A DNA stretch of 64,000 nucleotides from assembly GCA_963793865.1 (NCBI GenBank), contig CAWCBP010000011.1, forward strand, positions 117,652 to 181,651, written 5' to 3'. The translations under genes were made by a program, and so were the position numbers. Origin of the DNA: an uncultured delta proteobacterium (GTDB lineage Bacteria; Desulfobacterota; WTBG01). This document shows, piece by piece, positions 10,369 through 20,103 of the stretch. The first letter of the stretch is position 1; every line of letters starts with the position of its first letter. A model generated the notes under the pieces. The model ran no database searches, was not told where the DNA came from, and worked only from the letters and a program-made list of their open reading frames with translations.

Positions 10369-11513
10369 CGAGCCACCGCCTTTCTCTTGTAACCGAATGC
10401 CTCTGCCATGAGGGATGTTAAATCGACCACGCTGAAGCCTTTGGGCTTGCTCGCTCCCAGGTTGATGTTGCAGAAGGGGCAGGCGGTAACCATGACCCGG
10501 GCACCTGTTGCCTGTGCCTCCTGCCAGCGGTTTGACGCGTATCGTTTGGCGAGCGAAGCATCCGTAAACAGCACACCCCCTCCTGCGCCGCAGCACAGCG
10601 AGTTGTGCCCGGAACGCCACATCTCTTTGAGGGTAAGTCCCAGACCGGCGATGACCTGGCGCGGGGCCATGTATTCCTTCGCGTAGCGTCCCAGGTGGCA
10701 GGGATCCTGGTAGGTAACCGGGGGCATTTTTAATTTTTTATGGGCCTTCTTTGCGATCATCTGGCTGTAGAGCCGGCTGATGGGGATGAATTCAACCCGG
10801 CTGTTGCTGCGTCTGAGCAGCACTGACAGGCTCTCCGGGTTGTAGCAGATGACCTGCCGTATCCCGAATTTTTCCAGGCGGGTGTCAATGTCCTCCATGC
10901 ACTCTTCAAGCAGCTCGCTGCAGCCGGCACTGAGAAGTGCCGTGTCAACAGGGGGAAGGGGATCGTTAATGAAGCACCCGATCCTCCTCCCGCTCTTCTG
11001 CAGTAAAAAGCCTATTTCCTGCAGCTTGGGGGTGTTAGCCATAATTGTTTTGTCGGCAAAGAGGATGGTTTCTATCCTGCTGTCTTCCGCGGGGTCGGCA
11101 ATGCCGTATGCTTTCAGGACATCGAGGTTATGGCCCGTGGCGGTGCTCAGGGATTGTGCCATCCTGATGAGGCTTTGCGGCTTCAACTCATCCGGTACCA
11201 TCCTGCGCAGCTCTTCCATGATGGTGATGGCCGGGGTGTGACGGTAACCGCGGCTGCACAGATCTTCGCAATAACCGCAGAGCGTGCATGAATAGAGGAA
11301 GTTGGCGAGCTCCTTGTCCCAGTTCAGGGCGCCCAGGGCAAGACCGCGGGCGATATACATCAATCCCGCCGGTTCGTAGGCACCGAGAAGCGTCATTCCG
11401 GAAGGGCATTGCAGTGAGAATGACGTGTCCGGAACTGTGTCCTGAGAAACCCCCCGGCAACTCCCGCATCGGTTGCAAGAAAGCGCTTTGTCCAGTAATT
11501 CTTCCCTGGTCAC
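10365..11513 (-). CDS. Fe-S-binding CCG-domain protein (GlcF/HdrD-like)
   Basis: CNRCGSC, CTLCGYCEDLC, YQDPCHLGR, SLCCGAGGG, TACPFC. Confidence 0.9.
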   Translation of the reverse strand: MTREELLDKALSCNRCGSCRGVSQDTVPDTSFSLQCPSGMTLLGAYEPAGLMYIARGLALGALNWDKELANFLYSCTLCGYCEDLCSRGYRHTPAITIMEELRRMVPDELKPQSLIRMAQSLSTATGHNLDVLKAYGIADPAEDSRIETILFADKTIMANTPKLQEIGFLLQKSGRRIGCFINDPLPPVDTALLSAGCSELLEECMEDIDTRLEKFGIRQVICYNPESLSVLLRRSNSRVEFIPISRLYSQMIAKKAHKKLKMPPVTYQDPCHLGRYAKEYMAPRQVIAGLGLTLKEMWRSGHNSLCCGAGGGVLFTDASLAKRYASNRWQEAQATGARVMVTACPFCNINLGASKPKGFSVVDLTSLMAEAFGYKRKAVAR

Positions 11514-11527
11514 GGTTTGTACCTCCT

Positions 11528-12811
11528 TTAAAGCCCCAGTTTGCCCGGGTTCATGATGTTGTTGGGGTCGACGGCTTTTTTGATGGAACGAAGCAGTTTA
11601 AAAGAAAGAGGATAGGCGGCAGCAACCTGCCTGGCAATCAGGGCTGATGGCCGCGGAAAGGTGACGCCTTCCTTTAACAGCTTGCCGCAGATGGTGCTGT
11701 ATTTCTTCCGGGACTCCCTTTCAGTTCCCTTGGGGTAGCGGAGGTCGGGCTGGTAATAAAAGCACCCGCCGGACTGGAGGGGCATGAGCAGCGCCCCCGA
11801 GTTTTTGGGGAACAGGCTTGAACACTTCTGAACCTGCGCGGCCGTGGCAACGGTAACAACGGGAACCCACTCGAGTTCCGCCTCCTGGTGGAGCGAGGGC
11901 CCGGTGGGATGGTCAATCTCGGACAGGATGGTATCTCCGGCATTCTTTATCCCTTTGAGACCCGGGGACAACTCACCTTTCAGATTCCTGGCAATGGCGG
12001 AGAGGTCGTTTTTCTTGTATGCGATTTCAGCCTTCTCAAAGCCGCGCAGACCCACCACCACCGTCCAGGCGGGAAGCTTTGCCGCACCGTCCAGGGCCAG
12101 CAGATCCCGAAGGTATGTGCTGTTTACCGCGAAGATTTCGTTGGGCTCTTCGGTGGCGGTAAAAAGCTGCATTGCCTTAAGCGCTGTATTGATGTTCGCA
12201 CATGGTAAAAAGAACACCTGGTTTTCCGGTGATGCCGTCTTCAGGGTCACTGCCGCTTCAGTGATGATGCCCAGCGTACCCTGGGCCTGGCAGTAAATGC
12301 GGGATACCATGGCAAGCGACGTACCCCAGGAGTACTTGTCAGGCCTGTTTTGTGACATGGCCATCTGCCCGGTGGCGAATGCTTCCCCGTCCGCCCTGAA
12401 GCCCTGCATGGTGAGCATTTCCCAGGGATGGTACTTCGTCCACCCGAAGAGGGGCATCATTTCCAGGTAGGTTGCCAGAACGGAAGCATGTCCGGGGACA
12501 TCAATGGCGGCAAGGGTGCGCCGCCCCTCAGCCGCGCATGCCTTTTCAAGCTGGCTGAAGGTTACGCCCGGCTGGATGACCGCGTTGCGGTTCCGGGCAT
12601 CAAAATATGTTATTTTATTGAGCCGGGAAAGGTCAACCGCCGTGGCGCCCTTTACCGAGGGCAGATGGGTGTCCTGCAGATTGGTCCCGGAGCTCACCGG
12701 TACAAGCGGCGTGCGGTCTCTGTTGGCCTTGAGAATAATTTCCCGGACTTCCCCCGGGCTGGTCGGGGTTACTGTCTGCTGCGGCTGATAATCGGAAAAG
12801 AACGTGGTCAT
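11528..12811 (-). CDS. FAD-binding oxidoreductase (VAO/GlcD family)
   Basis: VPVSSGT, VIQPGVTF, QGTLGIIT, VDPNNIMNPGKL; ATGA overlap with the upstream gene. Confidence 0.85.
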   Translation of the reverse strand: MTTFFSDYQPQQTVTPTSPGEVREIILKANRDRTPLVPVSSGTNLQDTHLPSVKGATAVDLSRLNKITYFDARNRNAVIQPGVTFSQLEKACAAEGRRTLAAIDVPGHASVLATYLEMMPLFGWTKYHPWEMLTMQGFRADGEAFATGQMAMSQNRPDKYSWGTSLAMVSRIYCQAQGTLGIITEAAVTLKTASPENQVFFLPCANINTALKAMQLFTATEEPNEIFAVNSTYLRDLLALDGAAKLPAWTVVVGLRGFEKAEIAYKKNDLSAIARNLKGELSPGLKGIKNAGDTILSEIDHPTGPSLHQEAELEWVPVVTVATAAQVQKCSSLFPKNSGALLMPLQSGGCFYYQPDLRYPKGTERESRKKYSTICGKLLKEGVTFPRPSALIARQVAAAYPLSFKLLRSIKKAVDPNNIMNPGKLGL

Positions 12812-13200
12812 CTGTTCGCACCTCCTTCCATGCATTCCTGAAGCATGACCAAAAAGCTGACCACCAGCGAGCCATTGTGATGGTCTTTGCCCATGCGTAT
12901 GTTAGCCTGGTCATTGTTCATCGCCACCAGAAGCGGAGGGCAGGTCCCGAGGAAAAGGCGGTTGAAGGCATCCTCAGTCATGGCCCATGAACAGAAGGGT
13001 TTTTTTGCCTCCCGCTGCGCCACGCTGATCTCTGATCCGTCCCAGCTAACCACCAGCGGCGTGTTATCACCCACCGTGAGACAGAGCAGGTCTCCGCGCA
13101 CGGTTGCCGGTAAGCCCGCGGCGTTGAGGCGCCTCAGCCGTTCTTCAAGCGCGGGGTCGGTTCGAAGTGTTGCTTCCCATTTTTCTCTGTTGATATTCAT
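12808..13200 (-). CDS. Small protein, possible SCP2 (sterol-carrier)-like fold
   Basis: 130 aa; KPFCSWAMTEDAFNRLFLG resembles the SCP2 PDxTxxxSxEDFxxLxxG segment; translationally coupled. Confidence 0.45.
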   Translation of the reverse strand: MNINREKWEATLRTDPALEERLRRLNAAGLPATVRGDLLCLTVGDNTPLVVSWDGSEISVAQREAKKPFCSWAMTEDAFNRLFLGTCPPLLVAMNNDQANIRMGKDHHNGSLVVSFLVMLQECMEGGANR

Positions 13201-13259
13201 TGCTGCAGACCTCCCTGTACAGGTGTCATCCGGATTTGACTGCGGAACGCTGAAACGGA

Positions 13260-14264
13260 TCAGGCCTTGCTCTTCCAGTTGAGGAATTTTCTGAAGTTGT
13301 CCCCCATCAGCTTGTACTTGAAATCCATGGAAAGAGGAAGGTTCATGATGTTATCGATCATCGGTTTATACACCGGCAGCGTGAGAGGGAAGTCCGTGCC
13401 GTAAAACACCTTGTCAGGCATGAAGAATTCGAGAAAGCGCAGGTGGTCCAGGTCCCAGTAATACTTGAATTGCATCAGCGTGGGATGGGGAACGGTAATG
13501 TCGGTGTACATGTTGTCAAACTTCATGACATTCCAGAGTCCCTGCATGGGGTTATTAAAAAGGCCGCAGTGCAGCTGCAGGATTTTCAGGTTGGGGAAAT
13601 CCATGGCCACATCATCGAGGTAGACAGGGTCCTGGTATTTGGCCCTGGTGCCCGGGAGTTCCTCCTGTCCGGTATGCACCTGGAGGTGCAGTCCCAGTTC
13701 CACCATTTTCTCGTAAGCAGGGTAGAGGTCGGGGTTGTTGGGATAGCCGGCGGTCGGGGTGTGAAACTTGCAGCCCGGGAATCCGCACTCATGGGCCGAT
13801 ATGACCATTTCCACCGCCGCCTGCTTCCCGTAACGGGCATGGACGCCGCCAACAGCGGTAAAGCGTCCGGGGAAGGCGTCGATGAAGTTCTTCTTCACAT
13901 ATTCATTGGGCACATACCACTTCCAGCCGTCCTTGTTGCCGGGGTAGGGGTCGGAGATGCCGTGGATGCATTGCAGGCACATGGCCTCAACATTGGCGCT
14001 GTCCATGAAGGCAATGAATGTTTCCGGGGTGAGGTTGGGGCACTCTTCGGGCTTGGTGATGATTTTGGTGGGGTTGGGATCACCGAGGAACGCCCGCGCG
14101 CCCATCAGGCTTCGGGAGCCCACCGTGTTGCCGGCCCACATGTCAAAACAGCCCGGCCGGCTCATAATATCCTTTTTCTCCAGTCCGGGATGGGCGTGAC
14201 TGTCGAAAAACTTAAAGGGCTTGGGAAGCATCATTTTTTCAATGGTTCCTTCCATTTCCGTCAT
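13260..14264 (-). CDS. Amidohydrolase-2 family metal-dependent hydrolase/decarboxylase
   Basis: DSHAH, KFH, QVHTG, LHCG, YTD, YGTDFP motifs. Confidence 0.9.
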   Translation of the reverse strand: MTEMEGTIEKMMLPKPFKFFDSHAHPGLEKKDIMSRPGCFDMWAGNTVGSRSLMGARAFLGDPNPTKIITKPEECPNLTPETFIAFMDSANVEAMCLQCIHGISDPYPGNKDGWKWYVPNEYVKKNFIDAFPGRFTAVGGVHARYGKQAAVEMVISAHECGFPGCKFHTPTAGYPNNPDLYPAYEKMVELGLHLQVHTGQEELPGTRAKYQDPVYLDDVAMDFPNLKILQLHCGLFNNPMQGLWNVMKFDNMYTDITVPHPTLMQFKYYWDLDHLRFLEFFMPDKVFYGTDFPLTLPVYKPMIDNIMNLPLSMDFKYKLMGDNFRKFLNWKSKA

Positions 14265-14327
14265 AGCAGTCTCCTTTCGTAACGTAAAAGGCTGGACAGC
14301 GTTCAGGCCGTCCAGCCGAATCGGTGA

Positions 14328-16019
14328 TTAAAGTACCTTGGTCATCTCTGCCAGCTGTTCAGGCGGCACCACGTTGGGCGTGGTGGCATAGGGCGGATTG
14401 GAAACGTTGTTGGGATCAAATTCCCGCTTCATGGCCTTGACCAGCAGATGCACGTTAAAGAACTGCGGTCCGAGCAGATCATACACGGGTCCGAGCAACA
14501 CCACCGTCGAAGCCGCGCTCTTGGTTTTTACCCATTCCTTGAGATTGCCCAGGAGGAAAGTGATTGCCTCGGATGCCTTCGCCGGTTCCTGTTCCGGCCA
14601 GAGGTCGGTGGTCATTAATGCGCCGTAGCCCTTTTCAGTGGGGCTGATCCAGCCGCCGTGAAAGCTGATGGGAAGCAGGTGGCTGCCCTCGCCCTTTGCC
14701 CGCCGCTCCCGCTGGATGCGGTTGGCCCGCAGGATTTCTTCGGCCACGGTGTCGATGGAGTCGAGGCAGGCGGTACCCTGGTGGAAGCAGTCGCTGGGAC
14801 GGCTCAGGCGCATGGAGTGGCCGACCCGGATCCAGTCGTTGGTGATGCGCATCCAGACCTTGTAACGCTCCCGGTCCATTGGATCCGGTGAGTTTTCAGA
14901 AAGGAAGCTGCCGCCCATTTTGTCCACGATATGCTTCAGGACCTTTTCTTCATAGTCAAGCTGCTCGACGCTGGTCAGGGCAGCCAGGGCGACAATGTTG
15001 TAGCCGTGGGGGAAGAAATCCTCGTTGGCGCCCTTGTGGAACTCCTCCTTGGTGCGCGCCGCCCAGGTCCACATGAACTGCTTGGCGTTGTGCTGAACCA
15101 CCATGGCCAGCTCGGCCCGCGCTATCTCGTAATGGAGATCGCACGACCAGCGGAGCTGCTTCTCTTCATTTTCAGGATAGGGCTTGATGGCCTTGGGGAA
15201 ATCGATCATATACCATCGCAGCTTGTCCTTGGGGAAGTGAGACTCCTTCAACAGGGCAGTGCCCGAGGTGGGAAAGGTTGAAGGACCCGGCCAGGGGAAA
15301 AGGCGGGTGGAAATCTTGGTGACCATGCCCATGCCGCCGGCGTGGCTGAACTGGGCGCCGCGCTGGAACCCGCGCAGGTCGGGACCGGGGCCGTCGTTCC
15401 ATATCCAGTCGTCGCTTCCTTCCTGGGCGATGGAGCCGCTTCGGAGAAGCTCGCCGTTGGGCAGAACCAGCTCGAAGGCCAGCAGCTGGTTGGCTCCCAG
15501 CGCGGCAAGCCAGGAGGTGCCGTAGGCGCCGTGCCATTGTATATTGGCAAGGGCTGATATTTGCGCTCCGGCAGGCGGCGTGGGTACGGTACATCCCACC
15601 TGCATTGCCTCGGCCTGGAGGGAGGCAAAGCTCACGTACGGCTCTATGACCGCGTACATATTGTTGGCATCAACCTTGAGTATCCTGTCCATGCGCTTGG
15701 GGTCGATGATGACCACCCCCTTGCCCATCATTGCCTGCCCGGGATTGGGGAAGGCGCTGTTGATCATGCCCGTTCCCCGGGGAATGAAAAAGAAATCATA
15801 GCGGTTGGCAAGCTTGATGATCGCCTGCACCTCCTCGGTTGACTGGGGCAGGACCACGCAGTCCGGCCGCATCTTGGTGCCGAGCTGCGATCGCTGCACG
15901 CAGCCGTCTGCGGTCCACTGGACACGCGAGTAAGACTGGCACATGACCGGATCGTTGGTCAGGTTTTCTTTGCCGACAACGTCCTGCAGGGCCCTATAGG
16001 CAATATCCGAAAACGACAT
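14328..16019 (-). CDS. FAD-binding oxidoreductase (VAO/p-cresol methylhydroxylase family)
   Basis: PDCVVLPQSTEEVQ, IPRGTG, LVLPNGELLRSG, GPGPDLRG, FDPNNVSNP; RBS AAGGAGG before MSFSD. Confidence 0.88.
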   Translation of the reverse strand: MSFSDIAYRALQDVVGKENLTNDPVMCQSYSRVQWTADGCVQRSQLGTKMRPDCVVLPQSTEEVQAIIKLANRYDFFFIPRGTGMINSAFPNPGQAMMGKGVVIIDPKRMDRILKVDANNMYAVIEPYVSFASLQAEAMQVGCTVPTPPAGAQISALANIQWHGAYGTSWLAALGANQLLAFELVLPNGELLRSGSIAQEGSDDWIWNDGPGPDLRGFQRGAQFSHAGGMGMVTKISTRLFPWPGPSTFPTSGTALLKESHFPKDKLRWYMIDFPKAIKPYPENEEKQLRWSCDLHYEIARAELAMVVQHNAKQFMWTWAARTKEEFHKGANEDFFPHGYNIVALAALTSVEQLDYEEKVLKHIVDKMGGSFLSENSPDPMDRERYKVWMRITNDWIRVGHSMRLSRPSDCFHQGTACLDSIDTVAEEILRANRIQRERRAKGEGSHLLPISFHGGWISPTEKGYGALMTTDLWPEQEPAKASEAITFLLGNLKEWVKTKSAASTVVLLGPVYDLLGPQFFNVHLLVKAMKREFDPNNVSNPPYATTPNVVPPEQLAEMTKVL

Positions 16020-16079
16020 ACGTCCTCCTTTGCGGCACGGTGGCGGACGGGGTCCGCCAGAGGCCAATAGATGCGGTTG

Positions 16080-17567
16080 TTACAGGGCAAGCTTTCCCGG
16101 GTTAAGGATGGTATTGGGATCGAGTATTTTTTTCAGCCGCCTGATCATCTCGTGGGTGTAGCCTGCCCGCGCGTAGATCAGCTGCGCCCAATCGTAGTAG
16201 GGCCGGTAGAAAAAGGCGCCGGCGCTCATCAGCCCTTCGAATGCCGCCCGCTGAAATCCCTTCACCTGTGCCACTTCTGCCGCGTCATTGGGATCGCAGG
16301 GAATGTGGAACTCGACGTGGCAGACGCGGGCGCGCTGGCGGGGCTGAATGTAGAGGCCGAGATTGGTGGTGTCAATGCCGTGCTCCCCGGCCATGGTCTT
16401 GAAGAGCTTCCAGTAGGAGGGCACTTTATCCAGGCCGGATTCAAATACCATTTCCAGACACCCGCCCGACTGGCGCTCCTTCCAGTACACCTCGCCCTCC
16501 CAGGGCCGGTTGAGCATTTTCTGAAAGCGCAGGTTGGCCTCGGGCACGCCGTCAAGCCGCTCGCCGACCTCCAGGTTGTACCGCTCGGCGATTTCGCCCA
16601 CCGCCTTTTCTTCAAAGGCAATCCGGTCCTCGGGGAAGAACTGCCCGCCCCAGAGATTCAAGACGATGGCATAGCGGGGTATTTTTTTCGCCAGCCCGGG
16701 GATGTCGCCCTGGTTCTGGGCCATGATGGCGGCGATGTCATAACCGTTGAGCAGAAAGCATTCATGCCCGATTTCCCTTCTCTGTATGGCGTAGAAGGGC
16801 GTGACCGCGTCTTCCAGGGAATCGAAGGTGATAAACACCACCTTCTGCTTGATCGGTTTGTGGAAAATTTTCACGTTCATGATGGTGACCACGCCGAAGG
16901 TACCCTGGCATCCGGTCAGAAGCCGCCACCAGTCAATGCCGGGCCCGCCGACGCTGCACAGGTCGGAGTTGGTTTTATCGGGGATCTCCTCCGCCGGGAT
17001 GGTGTCGACGCACATGGAGCCGGTCCGCAGCAGCTCACCGGTCCCCCAGACCAGTTCCATGGTCCGGAGCGGCTCATCGCATTCGGTTTTACAGGTAAGC
17101 ACCGGCTCGCGTTCCAAAACGCTGGTAATGACCGACTTGTCCTTCCGGGGCAGAAGCGGGTTGAGCGGCTGCATGCCGTGCCTGGCAAGCTCTTGCTCGA
17201 GCTCTCCGAAGGTCGCCCCCGGCTCAATCAGCACCCATCTGTTCCTGGTGTCGGTGCGGGGAATGCGCTTCATGCCCGAGAGGTCGAGCACCAGCCCGCC
17301 CTCCTCGGGAATACCGGTTCCATAGGTGCCGGTTCCCGAGCTGCGGGGAACAACCGGGTAGTTGTTGGCGTTGGCGATCCTGAGTACCCCCTGCACCTCA
17401 TCCCGGGTGCGCACCTTCACCGCCATGTCCGGCAGGTGACAGGGTGAAAGGCTGGTGTCGCACGAGTAGCGTTTGAGGGTGTCGGCGTCGGTGAGGACGT
17501 TCGCTTTGCCCACCACCCCTTCAATCGATTCCTTGATCTGTGCTATTGATGCTGCAGGTGTGTTCAT
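16080..17567 (-). CDS. FAD-binding oxidoreductase (VAO/GlcD family)
   Basis: VPRSSGT, IEPGATF, GGPG, QGTFGVVT, LDPNTILNPGKL; GGAGG before MNTP. Confidence 0.88.
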   Translation of the reverse strand: MNTPAASIAQIKESIEGVVGKANVLTDADTLKRYSCDTSLSPCHLPDMAVKVRTRDEVQGVLRIANANNYPVVPRSSGTGTYGTGIPEEGGLVLDLSGMKRIPRTDTRNRWVLIEPGATFGELEQELARHGMQPLNPLLPRKDKSVITSVLEREPVLTCKTECDEPLRTMELVWGTGELLRTGSMCVDTIPAEEIPDKTNSDLCSVGGPGIDWWRLLTGCQGTFGVVTIMNVKIFHKPIKQKVVFITFDSLEDAVTPFYAIQRREIGHECFLLNGYDIAAIMAQNQGDIPGLAKKIPRYAIVLNLWGGQFFPEDRIAFEEKAVGEIAERYNLEVGERLDGVPEANLRFQKMLNRPWEGEVYWKERQSGGCLEMVFESGLDKVPSYWKLFKTMAGEHGIDTTNLGLYIQPRQRARVCHVEFHIPCDPNDAAEVAQVKGFQRAAFEGLMSAGAFFYRPYYDWAQLIYARAGYTHEMIRRLKKILDPNTILNPGKLAL

Positions 17568-17612
17568 GTTTTCCTCCGCCCAATTTCCAAAGATGTTGTA
17601 CTCCAATTAAAA

Positions 17613-17626
17613 ATGAGTGCACTCAT
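17613..17626. promoter_or_regulatory. Perfect palindrome ATGAGTGCACTCAT, candidate TetR operator
   Basis: Lies just downstream of a minus-strand TTGACA-N17-TTTTAT promoter; a 13/14 copy precedes the TetR gene. Confidence 0.75.
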
Positions 17627-17687
17627 ATAAAATCAAAGTTCTACCCCCCTGTCAAGCAAAAAATGTGCAGGGTTGATTATGTGGCGA

Positions 17688-19008
17688 TTAATCAGCCCGC
17701 TTGGCCAGAACGGTTGCTATTTTAGCCATGTCCGCCTGCTTAACCGTTTTACATTTTTCCTGCAATGCGGGCGAGAGGCCGGGCATGCTTAAAAAATGAT
17801 TCATGACCGCCTCGGTATAGTTGTAGACCCCCGCCTCCATTGCATCGGCGACTGCGGGGTATTGTTTTGTCAGGTTAAAGAGAAAATCTATCTCCTCCTG
17901 GGTGAAGAAACGCATCCAGACCACGCGCTTCACATAATCCGCCATGCGCTGGGGGTTTACATTCCACTCGAAGGTGGAACCCCACCAGGCGGTGTAGTCC
18001 TTGAATCCGCTTTTGCCCTTGAGCTCGTCGGCCATGCAGTGGCCGGCCATGTACCCGCAGCAGGTAGCGCCCTGGTACAGGCATTCGGCAAAAGCGGCTG
18101 CGTCACCCACCAGCAGGACGTTGCCGCGGTAGGGGACTTTGATGGGGGTGAAGATTTCAACAATGGCTCCGCTCTTTTCCACTATTTTCGCTTTTTTGAA
18201 CCATGACGCCAGGGGGCTTTTGTTCATGAAAAATTCGATGATGTCATACGCCATTTTGCCCGGCAGGGCGCCCGTGGTCTCAAATCGATAGGCGCCATTC
18301 CCCCGCGGGCTGGGGACTGCTATGATGGATCCGCGGGTGCCGATGTTGTTTTCGCCGGTGAAATACATGTCCCCGCGGTCGAGGGGACAGTCAACATCCG
18401 TTATCTCGTATTCGATGGTGGGGCCTTTGCCGAAGCACATGCGCTCCCGGTTGAAACCGAGGGTCCTGGCGATGCGGGAGGAAAGGCCGTCGGAGGCAAT
18501 CAGCTTTCTGCAGGTTTTGGTGGTGGTTTTGCCCCTGGTCCTCAGGGTCAGCTCAACCCCCCCGCTGATCTCACTGGCGCGCAGGAAGGTGGTGCCGGTC
18601 ATGAAGGAGACACCCAGCTTTTTTGCCCGCTTGTAGCGGTCGGAGAGCCAGGTAGTGGGATTGAAGAGATGGTAGAAGGGTTTCACACGGGAGGTGGCCT
18701 GAAAGTGGCTCCCGGAATTGGAAATGATATGGCTGTGGTGGATGCCTTCCATGAAGCCTGAATATTCAAGGGAAAAACCGCACATGCGTGTAAGTGATTT
18801 TGGTCTTGCCGTTCAAGGGCTCCAGTTTGACATTTTCACCGTTAAAATCCTGGTCATCCATGCAAAAACCGGAGGCGGATCTGACATTCACATCAAGCCG
18901 CGGTTTTCTGTCTATGCCGAGCACCTTGATGCCCTTTTCCTGGAGTTCAGCAGCCGCCATAAGCCCTGCCGGACCGCAGCCCGCAACAATCACATCATAA
19001 TCAAACAT
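17688..19008 (-). CDS. Geranylgeranyl reductase/FixC-family flavoprotein; frameshift near 18785
   Basis: YDVIVAGCGPAGL Rossmann motif, LIASDGLSSRIAR, VLLVGDAA; ORFs 18766..19038 and 17688..18785 join. Confidence 0.8.
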
Positions 19009-19124
19009 TATTGCTACCTCCTTCGTTGATTGACTCAAGAACTCCTGAAGATTGCACCTGCTTTATCACAGGTGTTTTTCCATATCACCATTATCCTTGC
19101 TTGTAAACAAAATATTTCCCTACC

Positions 19125-19148
19125 AGGTTGTTGAAAAACACCCATCTG
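19125..19148 (+). repeat. Partial copy (left end) of the MITE-like element at 42429
   Basis: TGTTGAAAAACACCCATCTG is shared exactly with 42435-42454. Confidence 0.55.
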
Positions 19149-19238
19149 TTTCGTGGCTCAAGGGGAGGGGCTTTTGACGCCACAACAATGTATCTTTACG
19201 CAGCTCAATCGGGCAATATGAACATTACTCGCCATGAA

Positions 19239-19994
19239 TCAAAATTTTACCACCGGCGGAAGGTTGTGGAGCATAAAACTTTCCGCGGGTGCACCGAACT
19301 GCATGCCGCCCAGAAAAAAACGGTTTTCCAGGAAGTTGAAGCGAATCCACTCCGCCCGCTGCCGGAACATCTCGCTCACCTGATCCGGGGAGGGTTTCAT
19401 TTCATTTCTTTTGTCCACCAGCTCGAAATATATGGTAAACATGGCCAGGGCGGCATCGTGAAAGTAATCGAAATCCTCCTCCTCGGGCCCAAAAGCCATT
19501 CCCACGCCGTAGCCGACCCCGGTCCCGGCTTTTTTCAGCTGGAACATCTTCATGTAGCCCTCCGCCAGGTCCTGCAACTCCTTGCCATGCTTTTTTGCAA
19601 CCGCCTCCATTGCCGTTCTTGCATATCGCCTGTCCTCCTCGAAGGGGATTACAGGATAAATGTCGTAGTAGCCGGGGGTATGCTCCTGCCCCGTCTCTGA
19701 CACATGTTCATAGACGCCCATGGTGAGGGGAACGCAGGGATTGGAGGGAAAGGTCTGCACCCCGAGCCACTGGATGCTGCTTTCATAGTCCCTTCCCGGT
19801 ATGGTCACCCGGGCGCTTATGCTGGACACGCAGGCCTTTTCAAATACCGGGCCTCTGCTGGTGTTTACCTCCACCGTACCCACTTTGGTGGTGAAATCCC
19901 ATTGCCGCGTTTCAAGGGGAGCTCCCTGGTTGTAACGGGTGATGGTTTCGATGTACTTCTTCTTGAGGTCAATCAAAAACGGATCGGTAAGCAT
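19239..19994 (-). CDS. Divergent homolog of oxygen-dependent coproporphyrinogen III oxidase (HemF fold)
   Basis: GPVFEKACV, FPSNPCVP, DIYPVIPFEED and RQRAEWIRFNFLENRFFLGGMQFGAPAESFMLHNLPPVVKF parallel HemF motifs; conserved His residues and the DRGT Asp are altered. Confidence 0.75.
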   Translation of the reverse strand: MLTDPFLIDLKKKYIETITRYNQGAPLETRQWDFTTKVGTVEVNTSRGPVFEKACVSSISARVTIPGRDYESSIQWLGVQTFPSNPCVPLTMGVYEHVSETGQEHTPGYYDIYPVIPFEEDRRYARTAMEAVAKKHGKELQDLAEGYMKMFQLKKAGTGVGYGVGMAFGPEEEDFDYFHDAALAMFTIYFELVDKRNEMKPSPDQVSEMFRQRAEWIRFNFLENRFFLGGMQFGAPAESFMLHNLPPVVKF

Positions 19995-20103
19995 ACACAT
20001 CTCCTGGTAAGTATTGTTTGCGAAGTTCGCGGCTACCATAGCACACTGCCGGGTAACTGCAAAAATAAAAATGCAGTATTACCATACCGTGGTTGTTTCT
20101 TCC

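Noticed and set aside
16071..17447. Long antisense ORFs (e.g. 16071..17447 +, 43471..44562 -, 22972..23868 +)
   Set aside because: Shadow ORFs of GC-rich genes on the opposite strand, with no recognisable motifs.
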